This document shows, piece after piece, positions 38,101 to 50,914 of a stretch of 64,000 nucleotides of DNA. Source of the stretch: Tubiluchus corallicola. Its lineage: Eukaryota; Animalia; Priapulida. The first letter of the stretch is position 1; each line of letters begins with the position of its first letter. The notes beneath the pieces are model-generated. The model was not told where the DNA came from, searched no databases, and saw nothing but the letters and a program-made list of their open reading frames with translations. The position numbers were made by a program, and so were the translations under genes. The stretch lies in assembly GCA_030141605.1 (NCBI GenBank), contig JAQGDQ010000244.1, positions 273,745-337,744 of the forward strand. Reading direction: 5' to 3'.

Positions 38101-41100
38101 TTCGCTTTTACAATTCCTGTCTGCACATTAAAAAAATTAGTAAATAATTCACTTCGCTTCGATCCTACAGTTATTTACTAATATGTTTTATAAATCAATT
38201 CTTTTTTAATTGAATGTTAATTCTGACATTTGTATCTTTCAGTTCTTTGCACTTCACCGGATGGCGACGTCGAAGCATCCATTTGCAAAAAAGCAGGATA
38301 TGTGGCGCACCCTACAGACTGTTCTACGTACTATCTGTGCCATCGCGGTGTAGGGAAATTGATGCACTGTGGTCTGGGTTTACACTGGAACACTGAGAAG
38401 TCTTCGTGTGACTGGCCCTACAATGCAAAATGTACGCACAAGTTACAAACAGAGAAAAAACTGAAAGAAAAAGGTGAGTTCTTTTGCTGTATGTACTTTT
38501 ACATGGCGTTCTTATTGTATTATGTAGGTTTTCACTATAGGCTTACAATACTCGCCGTTTACGGTAGTTCGCCCATTGTTAGTTAGTAATGCCAAAATGT
38601 GTCCCCGCTAATATGGAACAACACACTTCAGGGATTTGGTAAACAAAGACTGGTCACCCAACCTATACAATCAATGGTGGGCAGACTCAGTGTTGCTTCA
38701 TCTTCGACGCTCGCCTTTCGAAATATACGATATTTATTGAAAATTTTTACTTAACGATACGTTAAAGGAATATGATTTTTCATATTCTATCCCATTTTTA
38801 AGTCCGATAAAAAGTATACATTTTAACACGATTAATACTGCAAAAGCGGTTCTGCAAAAATTAAATAATAGATTAAAAACTTAATTAACGGCGGGCGAGC
38901 CCAACTATTGATGACATCACAAACTAACATATTTTTCAACAGCAAAAACATTCCATGAGTGTGTTGCACGTGCTTAAGAAAGCAAAAATTGCCGTACAGT
39001 GCTGCTGTAAGCTATTCAGTGTGTTGTACTAAAACTAGCCAAGCTTTAAGATAAAAATTCAAATTTCAAATTTACCGCTGTGCTCTCGCATGAGCTGTCG
39101 AACGTGTGTAGTTCGTCACAATCTGAAATGGTACAGCACCTGTTTTTGTGCAATGCGTTTCCGAAATGCAGGTGCTAGTGCCCGTCTAATTACCAAATGG
39201 AGAAATGCATGTAACAACGAAGAACTAGTGACGCGAACGTGAAATTGCGTTTGTGTGGTAATAATTCTTTCACGTAAGTCATTTTTGAAAAAAATAGTAT
39301 GTTACTTTTCAATATTTTAAAGAGTAGATTGTTTTGACCTACAGTTTAAGATTGGGCCTGGTTTTGCTTTAACAAGTCTTAAACGCAACACTGTATTTTT
39401 CTGCTGGTTGTTGTATTAAAGACCGTTGAATTAAAACAGGAGTTCTACACAGTTCTAAATTATTTGTTAGCTAAAAATCTCAATCTGGATCTAAATTTCA
39501 TTTATCCACAGCAATCTGCTAAAACGTGCAATTTAAACTGTGAATTTGATGTTATGAAAATTTTAAAGTGTTTTTTAAATTAAATTGTGTTGAAAGAAAA
39601 ACATTTGTGCCAAAACGCATTGAACTTTTCTGCTGTGGCAAGAACTGGCGCGCGTTTATAGTCGTGTTATAAATTGATTAGAAAACGTTGCTCTTATATT
39701 ATTTATTGTGTTTGTTTGTGTGTTTGTGTGTCTGTGTGTCGTCCTATCTAACATGCTAATGTGTTTTTATGTACAGTTTTAGCTAAGCGCTTCACAGTTG
39801 TTCGATATTTCACCGCTCGTGAACGGAAATTATTTTACGAAACTTAATAATTTATATATAGAGACATCAGACTACAGTTCTTGCTTGCTTTAGGGTGGGA
39901 TAGGCGAGCTGCTCATAATATTAAACTGCCAAATGACATACTTAGTCGTGGCTGGAAGAGGCACAGATCACCTGAGAAGTTCATTAAGAGTGATAAGGTG
40001 CACTTGTCCAAATTCAAAGGTAGAATTTTTTGCATGCATGCTTAATTTTAAAAGGAAACAACTGAAAAAATTTTCAACACCTTGTTGTAGTACTAAGCAT
40101 TACGCTTAGCTGTTTGAAAGACTTATGTAAGTGGAAAAGAAAATTGTTAATAATTTGCACCAACTGGTAAAACGTGTCTGTTTCACTATCCCAGCGTGTG
40201 CCAGAAACGTCAGTGGTTCACCAAAAAAGAGGCATTATTTCTGTTATTAACAATGTTAAGCAATTGAAAGACTTATGTAACTGGAAAAGAAAATTGTTAA
40301 TAATTTGTACCAATTGGTAAAACGTGTCTGTTTCACAATCCCAGCGTGTGCCAGAAACGTCACTGGTTCACGAAAAAAGAGGCATTATTACTGTTATTAA
40401 CAATGTTAAGCAATTGAAAGACTTATGTAACTGGAAAAGAAAAATGTTAATAATTTGCACCAACTGGTAAAACGTGTCTGTTTCACTATCCCAGCGTGCG
40501 CCAGAAACGTCACTGGTTCACCAAAAAACAGGCATTATTACTGTTATTAACAATGTTAAGCAATTGAAAGACTTATGTAACTGGAAAAGAAAATTCTTAA
40601 TAATTTGCACCAATTGGTAAAACCTGTCTGTTTCACTATCCCAGCGTGTGCCAGAAACGTCACTGGTTCACCAAAAAGAGGCATTATTACTGTTATTAAC
40701 AATGTTAAGCAATTTATACTTTTGCTTTGGTAGGGATGTGTGTCCCAGGATTCTTGGGAATGCTCTGATTATTTTATCAAACTTTACACATGTTTTCTAA
40801 ATTTGTTTCAAAGGATTTACCGTCGAAATGGCTGCGCCTAATTGTCATCTAGGGAGTTTAAATTTAAAAGTTTCATGCAGTGGTACTGCTGACACAAGCT
40901 CCATGTGCAATAAACCAACATGCAAGTGATACAAACTTTCAAGACGAATTTTTTAACATTATGTAGTATCTTCAGTATCTTCATTATTATATTATTCTAT
41001 TTTTTTTTCATCATTTTGACGGTACCCGAAAAATTTGGTGATTACACGAAAAAAAAATGTGTTTGTCCGAATTCAGGGGGCTTCAGCTCCCCCAGCCCCC

Positions 41101-44100
41101 TGTCACGTACACCTATGGTCATGGCGAATGACATTTACTGTTCAGAAAGTTGATAAAAACATTTTTAAAAATAATTTAAAATTAAATGAATTGTTATTAA
41201 TAATTAGTTAGTAATCAATAATAATAATTGGAATTGAAATTATTACAATGTTTATTGAATAGCGTATGATAACATTAGAAAAAGAAAGGGGGCGAAAAAC
41301 GTAGAAAATGTAAAAACTGAGCAAGCATCGCTTCTACAGACAATCAAAAATGACTGACACGCTTTCACAGCCTATATTTTTTCAAAATGAGCAGTTAATA
41401 AGATGCAACGATTCATCTTTGTCTGTTTAAATAATTCTTCGCAATTTTGGACAGTTTAATTTCGTCTCTGAATCCGCTCTATTCGCCTCAAGCTACTAAC
41501 TGTAATTACGTGCAATTAGATTTGAAGGCCAACTGGCTTGTAAAGATGGCGCTTTATAACGCACGCTGTAAGACTCTTACTGTCCATTACTTCTTCAGAC
41601 CAAAAATAATCAAGCAACCAAGTTATGATGTTAAAAATTCACTGACTTTTAGTAATAGTTTCGGATTTGTCCCAGAATTACAACAACTTACTGAAAAACA
41701 AGGAAATTTTAACGCTAATAAATTGAAAAATTCATTATCGTTAACTTGGGTAGCAATTACTTACGATTATGCAAAAACGTATTTCGACTGCTGTAATTTT
41801 TAACATATTGGCCAGTCAAGAGAACGAATTTAATTTTTCTAATTTTTTAGTGATAAAATTTCATTGTTTTTCAATTATGTTATTTTGATCCTGCAGATGG
41901 GAGAAATCCCGAAATATTGATGAAAGCAAGCAACGAATTTCTAACATCAAAGCTTCGTCGATATTTTCTTATTTTTGGTTAGAAGAACCAATTGGCAGCA
42001 AAATTCTTAAGTTACCCAACCACATATGCCTGTAATTATAGGCTATGCGGTTTGGACAAGTTTGAGTTCAAGTCCAGAGAAGTGCTCAAGAAGGGGGGGG
42101 GGAAACGAATTTTAAGATTTATTTCCTGTAGATTTGGTGGCGATAAAACGATTCATGTCATCCATTGGATTCGATCTGCTTCTCAATGATCTGTACAAAT
42201 GACCGAATCATAATGGTAAAGTATTCATTAGGTTTAACACTTACTATCTGCACATTGTGTGGACGGTACGGTTATTATTTCTATACTTTCCTGGTTTTCC
42301 TCAGGTGAGCCGGAAGGGCCTTGTGCACAAGGAAGAAACTGCTCACTTCCTGTTTGCTCCTGTGCCACAACCAGACCTCCGGGAGCACTGGCGCTGAGAG
42401 AAACGCCACAACTGGTTATGATAACTTTTGACGATGCTGTCACTCAGTATGACTATGACGTGATCTTTAGTAGGGTGAGTTGATGATTCTCAAGGCTTAT
42501 GATAGCTCAACGTAACTACTGCTTAATGTTCACAATCAAGATGTCTATGTCTTTTACCAAAATTTACTTCTTTGACATTTTCACTGAGATTTGTCATCTA
42601 ATTATAGCATATCAAGTCATATCTTTCAGCTATAAGATTATTTATTTATTTATTTCAGTTCTTAAACGTTACGTGTCTTAAGCCATAAAATACAATTACC
42701 AATAAAACCAATCATAAAGTCATGAATCTACTTCGTGTAGCTTATTTACAAAAATTAAATAGAGCACGTGTTCTTGAAGGATGGTTTTTCATGTACTACC
42801 CCATTTTGAAGTACGGTGAAAAGTATACATTTTAACAGCAATAATACTGCAAAAGCGGTTCCCATAATTAAATAATAGATTAAAAACTTAATTAACGGCA
42901 GGCGAGGCCAACTTTTGATGACGTCACAAACTAACACAATTTTCAACAGCAAGAACATCCTATGAACTTGTTGCACGTGTTTGTGAACGCGAAAATTGAA
43001 GTACAGTGTTACTGTAAGATATTCAGTGTGTTGTACTAAAACTAGGCATGTTTTAAGATAAAAATCCAAATTTCTAATTTATCGTTGTGCTCACGCATGA
43101 GCGGTCGAACGTGTGGAGTACGTCACAAACTAACACATTTGAACTGAAAGGTATAGCGCTTATTTTTTGTGCAACGCTTTTTCGAAATGCAGGCGCTAGT
43201 CCCCGTCTAACTATCGAATGGCGAAATGCATGTAAAAGCGAAGAACTAGTAGCATAAACGTGAAATTGTGTTTGTGTAGTAATAATTCTTTCACGTAAGT
43301 CATTAATGAATAAATGTGCACAATATCTGCATAAATGACATACTTGAAAAGTACATTAAAATTTCACTCAATGGGAAAATTTTTTAGAACATATATAAAC
43401 GTCAGCATGTTAAATTACATGTTTTAAGAAACCATTAGAAGAGCTTAAATCACGGCATTTAATGTACACTTACGCAAAATAATTTTAAAATGGTTAATAT
43501 CATTTTCTACACAGTTTGTAAAAGCTCGGGTACCATATCTATGGTTGAGGAAATTTACCATAGCAGTGTAATATGCATATTTTAGCTTATCAAAGAAATG
43601 ATGAACAGTATGACTCAAATATAATAAGTTTAACATCCGATGTACAATAAGAATCTATCTTTAGGAGTAGAAGAACTTACACTGTTAGCTGCAGATAGGA
43701 GTGGGTGGAATACTCTAATAAATGTTGATGCCTCAATGCCTACAATAGGTGGAATGAGAGTATAAAGAAGAAGAAGAAGAAGAAGAAGCGTACAATGAGA
43801 AACATAAGAAAAAAAGACTATTTGCTATGACATAAAATAAGCGAAGTTGATTAAGAATATCATCGTCATCTTTTCCACTATTTGATAATCTGTGACCTGG
43901 GTACTTGAATGGAGAGAAAATTGTATTTGAATGCACATCCCTACTACTTAAAGAGAGAGAAAATTGTATTTGAATGCACATCCCTACTACTCAAAGGGAG
44001 AGAAAATTGTATTTGAATGCACATCCCTACTACTTAAAGGGAGAGAAAATTGTATTTGAATGCACATCCCTACTACTTAAAGGGAGAGAGAATTGTATTT

Positions 44101-47100
44101 GAATGCACATCCCTACTACTTAAAGGGAGAGAGAATTGTATTTGAATGCACATCCCTGCTACTAAAAGGAAGAGAAATTGTATTTGAATGCACATCCATA
44201 CTACTCAAAGAGAGAGAAAATTGTATTTAAATGCACATCCCTACTACTTGAATGGAGAGAAAATTGTATTTGAATGCATATCCCTACTACTTGAATGGAG
44301 AGACAATTGTATTTGAATGCACATCCCTACTACTTAAAGAGAGAGAAAATTGTATTTGAATGCACATCCCTACTACTTGAAGGGAGAGAAAATTGTATTT
44401 GAATGCACATCCCTACTACTTAAAGAGAGAGAAAATTGTATTTGAATGCACATCCCTACTACTTAAAGGGAGAGAAAATTGTATTTGAATACACATCCCT
44501 ACTACTTAAAGGGAGAGAGAATTGTATTTGAATGCACATCCCTACTACTTAAAGGGAGAGAGAATTGTATTTGAATGCACATCCCTGCTACTAAAAGGAA
44601 GAGAAAATTGTATTTGAATGCACATCCATACTACTCAAAGGGAGAGAAAATTGTATTTGAATGTACATCCCTACTACTTAAAGGGAGAGAGAATTGTATT
44701 TGAATGCACATCCCTGCTACTAAAAGGAAGAGAAAATTGTATTTGAATGCACATCCATACTACTCAAAGGGAGAGAAAATTGTATTTGAATGCACATCCA
44801 TACTACTCAAAGGGAGAGAAAATTGTATTTGAATGTACATCCATACGAAGTTTCCACACGAAGTTACATTACTTAGCATTACGCTTACGTGTTTGAAACA
44901 CTTATGTAACTGGAGAAGGAAAATTTTTAATCATTTAAAACATTCGCGTCACGTGGTAAAACTCGCCTTCCCAGGGTGCACTACTGGTTCACCAGAAAAC
45001 GCACTGTTGACCTTAATGACAACATAAAGTAATTACACGTTTGCTTACTTAATGAAGAGTGTACTACGAATGCCGTGATTATTTTTTAGACATTATTCAA
45101 TGTTATCTAGACTTGTTTCAAATGACTTGCTGTTGAAATGGCTATCGGTCATCGTGGGAGTTTAAATTTACAAGTTTTATACAGAGTTTCTGCTAAACAT
45201 TTGCTGAAACCTTCGCTAGGTGAACTTAGTTGGTGTAGTTTTAAGTGCATATGCGTAAACAAAATAAATAAGAATGTTCGAAAAGTTTTATTATGTGTAC
45301 TTTCTTATCAAAAGTGTAACGATAAAGACAGATAAATTGCAATCGATTTTCCTAGTAAAGATTTCTAAAGACAAAAACAGGATTTTAGAGACGTTCATAC
45401 CGGCTCGTTTTAACAGACAACATTAGCACTAACGACTACTTGGCGACTTTCAATAAAACAGATAAGGACGCTACACACTAATTTCAAATTTATGATATAT
45501 ATAGGTTTTACATGTCAAATGTAGACCTACGTTAACTCAAATGTAGATTTAGGTAATTCAAATGTGTCTTGGCAACTCAAATGTAGACTTGGGCAGTTGA
45601 AATGTGTTAACAATGGTTTTCAACAAATCTTAAGCGTTTTTGGTAAGTCAAATGTAGACACATGTCAAGTCAAATGTGACATTGGTATCTCAAATGTGGA
45701 TAGGTGTTAAAGTTTAAGGATGTTAAATTTAATCTTCTTTAATTTCAATTTAATAATTGCTCTTAAGTTAAAATAACAACGTTATAGGTCACATTTGAGT
45801 TACCAAAACACATTCGAAATTCCTATGTCTACATTTGACTTACCTAAGTCACATTTGAACTTTCCTGTGTCTACATTTGATGTGTAAAACCTATAATATA
45901 GGTAAGGACGTAACACACAAACAACAAATAACATATAGGGTCTACGCCCTGGTGTTGGCAGTCGCTAGACTCGAACTCAAGACCTCGTCACTGCAAATCA
46001 CTCGACCACCCAACCCTTCTGTCTAACGTATTTAAACAAGCATTAACTCTAGTATGATTATCAGTACATATTTGCTTACACAAACTCACATTTTTTGCAG
46101 TTATTCAATAACAAGAAAAACCCCAATGGATGTCCAATATCTGCTACTTTCTTTGTTTCGCACAAGTACACCGACTACGTTTTAGTGAATAAATTGTGGA
46201 CAGAAGGTCACGAGATCGCTTCCCACTCAATAAGGCAAGTATTTTTTTCATTTTCTAAGTAATGGTTTCTTGATTGTTTTATCATGCAAAAAATAGAGAC
46301 TTGCCAGTATTATTCTCATCCTGTAACGTAACGTAGGAGGGTTAACTACTTTTACTGTTTTGAATAAAATAATTTAGTATCTTACGCCAGCTCAGTTTGT
46401 ACACACACACGCACGCACGAGCTTGAGTTAAATGCACAAATGTTTTTTGTAAAATTCCAAAAGTTGCCGTCTTGAATCAGTCTTCAACAACGAGGCCTGC
46501 CCAACGTTAGGGGCGTCCTAGTCTGATTGAGAAGGTATTGCTTCGTTATTGCTTCCGACTTGTTGAAAATTTTTGTCTCTTTATTTAATTCGTATGGGGG
46601 GGGGGAGTATTTACCATAAGCTGACTAGGCTGTGCCCTAGGTAGAGCACCAGCGCTAAAAAATTCTTATTCAGAGTGTATTCTTTCATATTCATACAGAG
46701 CGCGTTTTATAACACGCTACAAGCAATTACTCGGATCAATTTTATTTAAGCGTCAAATAACAAACAAGTGAAATTATTACATGATTGTTGGTGCTACACC
46801 AGAAGAGTTGCGTGATCTATTTAGGTCTATGCACCTTGCTTAGATCTATGCAAATATGTATAATTAACAATAACCGTGTAGGTGCTAGGTAATACAGCTT
46901 CTAGTACACCACAAACAATCCTGTGTAAGTCTTTCTATATAAGCACCCATAATAGAAATGGGTGGAACTGAATTTTTAGCTCAGGACGTCGCAATGTATT
47001 CTTGATACGGGCGTGAATTCGCACAGCGGTACTATTTTTCTGTAACGGCGTAGATCCGTTATTACCAGACAAATGTGAAACATCCACCCATTAGTATTAA

Positions 47101-50079
47101 TAGGGTATTTATGACAAAGTTTCTTTTTGAAACGCATCGTTGATGGTAAATACAAATATTAGTAATTGTTGGTCTATATTTAAGTATGTTAAGCGTGACC
47201 AACTATATTCAATTAACTCATCAATTTAAGCGGAGTTTATGGTGGTATATTAATCAATATAATATTAGGCATATCCTGTAGTTAGTAGCTAATTATTTTG
47301 GCATAATGTGTGATCTAAAAATATGTGTCATGTAAATTCAATAGTTATGATGGATTCAATAGTTAATGCTCTATGTACACGTTGTGTGAAGCACTAATTT
47401 TATAGGCAGTTCACGCTTGTAGTTATTTTACTGATATTCCAGCGACTTTTTGTATGATTTGTTTAGTTACTAATGTTGCCTAACTTTAGAGATGAACAAC
47501 TAATACGCGTCTAGTTTAGTTTCGAATAAATAAGTGAAACGTATCTGATAATGGCACTACAAAAGTATGACTCTTTCCAATTAATCTGTTACCCATTCAT
47601 TGTCCAGTGTGATTAAGTTGACTTACTACAGAAGACGTTTGCATTAATTTTAATATGCAATGATTAACAATAGAATGTACCATAGATTTATTAAGCTACA
47701 TTGTCTACGAGAACGCTTTATATGTGTCAGATCAAACGAATCAATGCTTGTTGCAATTTACGGGAAAACCTGCAGCATTCATTTAAGGAAAGAACAAGTC
47801 ACTCAGCATGTTAAGTTTATTTTACTGTTTCACTTAAACGTAGAAAAATATAACAAAAAAAATCTGAATAAAGACTACCTAATAAGGATAAAGTTAGTTT
47901 GTACTACCACTGCACAAAAATTTCAAACTAAGTCAAATTTCTGCAGCTTAACTAATGCTCATGGAAAATATTAAAAAATATATATTTTTCTGAAAATTTA
48001 TTTTACTTTTTGATGCAAATTGACAGTGCGCTGCTATTCTTCGGTCGATGAGTGACGTCATTGGCGGAAAAATTTGGCGTTCAAAATGGCAGCGCTCAAG
48101 CGTGAAATGAACGTGACTTTAAAATGATTTTATTAATTACTCGAGGCTCTTATTTATTACCAAATCCTTCTAACATTTTTCGCGAACATTGAAATAAGCC
48201 GGTCTTGAACATGGCTGTCCATCAATATCACGTATAATATCTGTAGAATTTGTTGATGCTGGATGACTGGCAATCGTTTTTTTGTACTAGTTGTTGTGGA
48301 GATCGCTGGCATCTATTAGAATTACATTAGAATGTTCTGTTAGAATAATCGTCTTACCTTGTAGAATGTTCTGGAAAGAAACGTCTAGAATGTTCCCTGG
48401 CACCGTATATAAGGCGAAGCTGGCCGCTGACAGAGACACACGCTGATTCACACGGACGCCACTTGCACATTCTCTTCTATACTTGTATTTTCAGATACAT
48501 TTAAACGTTTTCCAGATTTTCACGTTTACTGTAATCATTTCGCGTTCCTTCATACTTTTGTGTTGTAGAATTCTCGCTTAATAAACTAGCTTAATTTGAC
48601 GAAGTGTTTTCTGGTTTTCTCTACGAGCCTTCCGAGAGAAACAAAACACAACACTAGTAGTACGATGTGCATGGATAGAAAGTCTAATTAAAGTAAAATA
48701 ATTCGATTAAAGTCTATTTATTCTTGTATCACCAATTTAATCAAAATCACCATTTAACACGGCTTTTATTTACTATTAATACTGCATCTAATAACCTTCT
48801 TTGTAATAGAACGAAACAAAAATGAATATTTGATCTACTTTATATTCAATGTTGCTTAAACTCAACGTGTACAACATTAATGCAATAGTTTCATTCTATG
48901 GTACAAATACTAACACTTGAATTCTGGCGGAACGCGTCGAGTGGCTAAATACTGAAGATTTCCTGAAAGTTGCAACAAGTATCATTTGTTTTATTTGACC
49001 TGTATAAAGAGCATTGTTAGAAACAACACCTTAGGCTTTTAGTTCTACAATATATTCTAATCTGCTTAAACTTAACACATGTCCAATGTTAATGCGAGAG
49101 TTTCATTCATTAGCACACATCCAAACTGCAACACTGATACAGTTTTTCCTTTAAATTGCAAGAAGTATTGATTTAACAAGCAATAAAGTGTACTATTGCA
49201 CATTTTTTATTGATTTGCAGTCATGCCACGCCATCTATAGCTTGGAGAGCAGGTTCTAAACCACTGTGGAAGAAAGAGATAGCTGGAGAAAGGGACATGC
49301 TGAGCTCGTACGGTAAAATTGACAAAACTGAAATACGTGGCCTGCGAGCACCATACCTTGCCATTAACGGGGATGTGACGTTTGACATGATGAAAGAAGA
49401 GGGATTTATGTACGACTCCTCAATGCCTACTGCAGCAAATGAGGTGACAATGTGGCCATACAGCATGGATTTTGGCACACAGCACAGGTGTACAGTGGAA
49501 CCTTGTCCGAAAAAAAGCTATCCCGGAATTTGGGAAATTCCTATGAATGCCCTCAATGGCGACCTCGGTTCTTCCTGTGCCATGGTTGATGGATGCCAGT
49601 ACCCCAAAACTAAGGGCGACGCTCTTCGACTTTTTAAGGACAATTTTCTGCGACATTACAAGAACAAAATACCGTTCCTGCTGGCATTCCATGCCGGATG
49701 GCTCCGAACGCCAAAATTCCTTGAAGCTTTCGAGATATTTTTGAACGAAATCGTGCAAAAGGAAGACACATGGATTGTCACAAACTATCAAGTTTTACAG
49801 TGGGTACAAAATCCCACAAAATTATCTGACTTGGACAACTTCGAACCGTTCAAGTGCAATGTGGACTACCGTCAGGGGTCCTGTCCTGAGCCAACGCAAT
49901 GTCGGTACCAGGTTGGTTTTGATACATATTATATGCAGACATGCACTAAAGACTGTCCTCTTCATTATCCCTGGGTGGACCATCCAGGTGGTGAAGAGTG
50001 TTCCCTGAACTGTGAAGTTACCAACAAGATTAAGAAGAGTGAAAGATATGAGGAATTGTTCCGGCGACTTCGTGGATGA
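27544..50079 (+). CDS. Chitin deacetylase-like protein (signal peptide + CBM14/peritrophin-A chitin-binding domain + CE4 polysaccharide deacetylase), 5 exons, 485 aa
   Basis: Exons 27544-27607 (signal; least certain), 38243-38473 ([29 protein letters not shown]), 42305-42474 ([14 protein letters not shown]), 46101-46234 ([24 protein letters not shown]; GC donor), 49221-50079 (SH..GLRAPYL..YDSS..WPYSMD..WEIPM..FHAGWL). Phases 1/1/0/2 sum to 1458 nt. Confidence 0.92.
29073..29127. repeat. (CT)n microsatellite
   Basis: Direct reading. Confidence 0.95.
30249..30822. repeat. 52-bp minisatellite, about 11 copies
   Basis: Unit ATGCTATTGTAGTAACCAAGCTATCTTAAGCATCTTTTTCACAACCTTGCAT. Confidence 0.95.
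31362..32405. mobile_element. hAT-type MITE with a nested element
   Basis: CAGGGTCGAATTAT...ATAATGCAGACCTG; 8-bp TSD CCTGTACG / CCTGTACA. Confidence 0.7.
31524..32201. mobile_element. Kolobok-like MITE nested in the hAT MITE
   Basis: TTAA|AGGAAAACCGAATGATTGT...ACAATCATCCGGTTTTCCT|TTAA; internal tandem duplication of roughly 128 bp. Confidence 0.75.
33400..33933 (-). mobile_element. 5S rRNA-headed SINE (SINE3-type) with RTE-derived body and tail
   Basis: 120-nt 5S-like head, GC-rich body, and a tail encoding [12 protein letters not shown] then GGCGCACACTCCATTGTCTTCCGAGAC, typical of RTE 3' ends. Confidence 0.75.
33814..33933 (-). rRNA. 5S rRNA-derived sequence (full length, diverged; SINE head or pseudogene)
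   Basis: GACTACGGCTAAATCACATTGAAAACACCGGTTCTCGTCTGATCACCGAAATTAAGCAACG..TTAGTACTTCGATGGGTGACCGCC..TACCAGGTGCTGTAGGCTT; no T-tract terminator. Confidence 0.85.
34820..35920 (-). mobile_element. Decayed CR1/L2-group LINE remnant interrupted by a foldback element
   Basis: Minus-strand [50 protein letters not shown]; (GAATA)n-like tail near 34820. Confidence 0.7.
35250..35487. mobile_element. Right arm of the foldback element family
   Basis: Same 60-bp units and terminal GTAAAACCTATA as 21754-22524. Confidence 0.8.
36220..36730. repeat. Dispersed repeat family B, copy at about 47770-48200
   Basis: Shared CACTTAAAC.TAGAAAAATATAAC and TGACGTCATTGG..TTCAAAATGG..GAACATTGAAATAAGCC. Confidence 0.65.
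36797..37948 (-). mobile_element. 5'-truncated RTE (BovB-like) LINE, frameshifted
   Basis: [52 protein letters not shown]; flanking direct repeat TATTACCCCTATTA (36783-36796 / 37954-37967). Confidence 0.93.
38762..39372. mobile_element. Family A Kolobok-like element
   Basis: TTAAAGG...GCTTTAA ends; homologous to 8822-9445 and 42775-43300. Confidence 0.7.
40110..40715. repeat. 150-bp tandem repeat, 4 copies, inside a family C element
   Basis: TGAAAGACTTATGTAA recurs at 40115, 40265, 40415 and 40565. Confidence 0.92.
42775..43300. mobile_element. Family A element, truncated
   Basis: Colinear with 38762-39290. Confidence 0.7.
43300..43910 (-). mobile_element. Decayed CR1/L2-group LINE remnant
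   Basis: [32 protein letters not shown] resembles the post-RT KYLG region. Confidence 0.55.
43654..43789 (+). mobile_element. Short RTE-like 3' end with (GAA)n tail, nested in the older LINE
   Basis: TSD GTACAATAAGAA / GTACAATGAGAA; homologous to 58260-58390 in inverted orientation. Confidence 0.75.
43905..44845. repeat. 43-bp minisatellite, about 22 copies
   Basis: Unit GGAGAGAAAATTGTATTTGAATGCACATCCCTACTACTTAAAG. Confidence 0.95.
45500..45895. mobile_element. Foldback/MITE, short variant
   Basis: Same TIRs as 21754-22524 with about one 60-bp unit. Confidence 0.85.
48292..48653 (+). mobile_element. Solo LTR (362 bp) in the last intron of the chitin deacetylase gene
   Basis: TGTTGTG...CACAACA termini, 5-bp TSD CTAGT, TATATAA at 48406, AATAAA at 48580. 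Confidence 0.88.
48327..48412 (+). promoter_or_regulatory. Heat-shock element cluster plus TATA box in the LTR U3 region
   Basis: AGAATGTTC occurs three times, including the perfect three-unit aGAAtgTTCtgGAAa at 48363-48377. Confidence 0.6.
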
Positions 50080-50388
50080 GGGTAACAATAATAACCAATA
50101 TCAGGTTTTGTCCTGTGATATATGGAAGTCGCTCAACCTGACGAAATCAGCGAATGGCATAAATTGAGCGTCGCTTAAACCGAACCAACTACATCTGAAT
50201 TTGTAATCATTGTATCTATTAATATTAAAGTGTACAGACACACTTTTGTAAGAGGTTCAAGGTGTTTCTTGTAAATTCACCCAAACTCCCCTAAAAATAA
50301 TAATGATGATGATGATGATGACGAAGATAATTTTACAGTTGTCCAATGGAAGGAACACGAAGGTTTTAATTGCTAAAATTATCTTGTG

Positions 50389-50408
50389 CTACTATCACTA
50401 CTACTTTC

Positions 50409-50444
<36 letters not shown>

Positions 50445-50657
50445 TCCTACTACTACTACTACTAGCACTGCTACTACTACTACGACTACTACCACTACGA
50501 CTACTACTACTACTACCACTACTACTTTCCTACTACTGCTGCTGCTGCTGCTACTACTACTACTACTACTACTAGTACTACTACGACTACTACCACTACT
50601 ACTACTACTACTACTACCACTACTACTTTCCTACTACTGCTGCTGCTGCTGCTGCTG

Positions 50658-50717
<60 letters not shown>

Positions 50718-50718
50718 T
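50389..50718. repeat. Imperfect (CTA)n/(CTG)n microsatellite
   Basis: Direct reading. Confidence 0.97.
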
Positions 50719-50807
50719 ATTATTATAATTATAACGTCTTTTAGATAAACAATTAACATAAACTTTTGCAGACTATAACTAGCAATATTACATCTACATA
50801 ACAGAGA

Positions 50808-50914
50808 CCACGCGCAAGGCAGGGCAACGGCAGGTACAATTTTTAAAGTCTTTGGTAACCTCGCCGCAGTATCGAACTCACAACTTCCCAGTCTGAAAGC
50901 AGACGCGCGACTAC
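50808..50914 (-). mobile_element. tRNA-derived SINE fragment (second copy)
   Basis: Reverse complement of 12714-12828. Confidence 0.7.
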
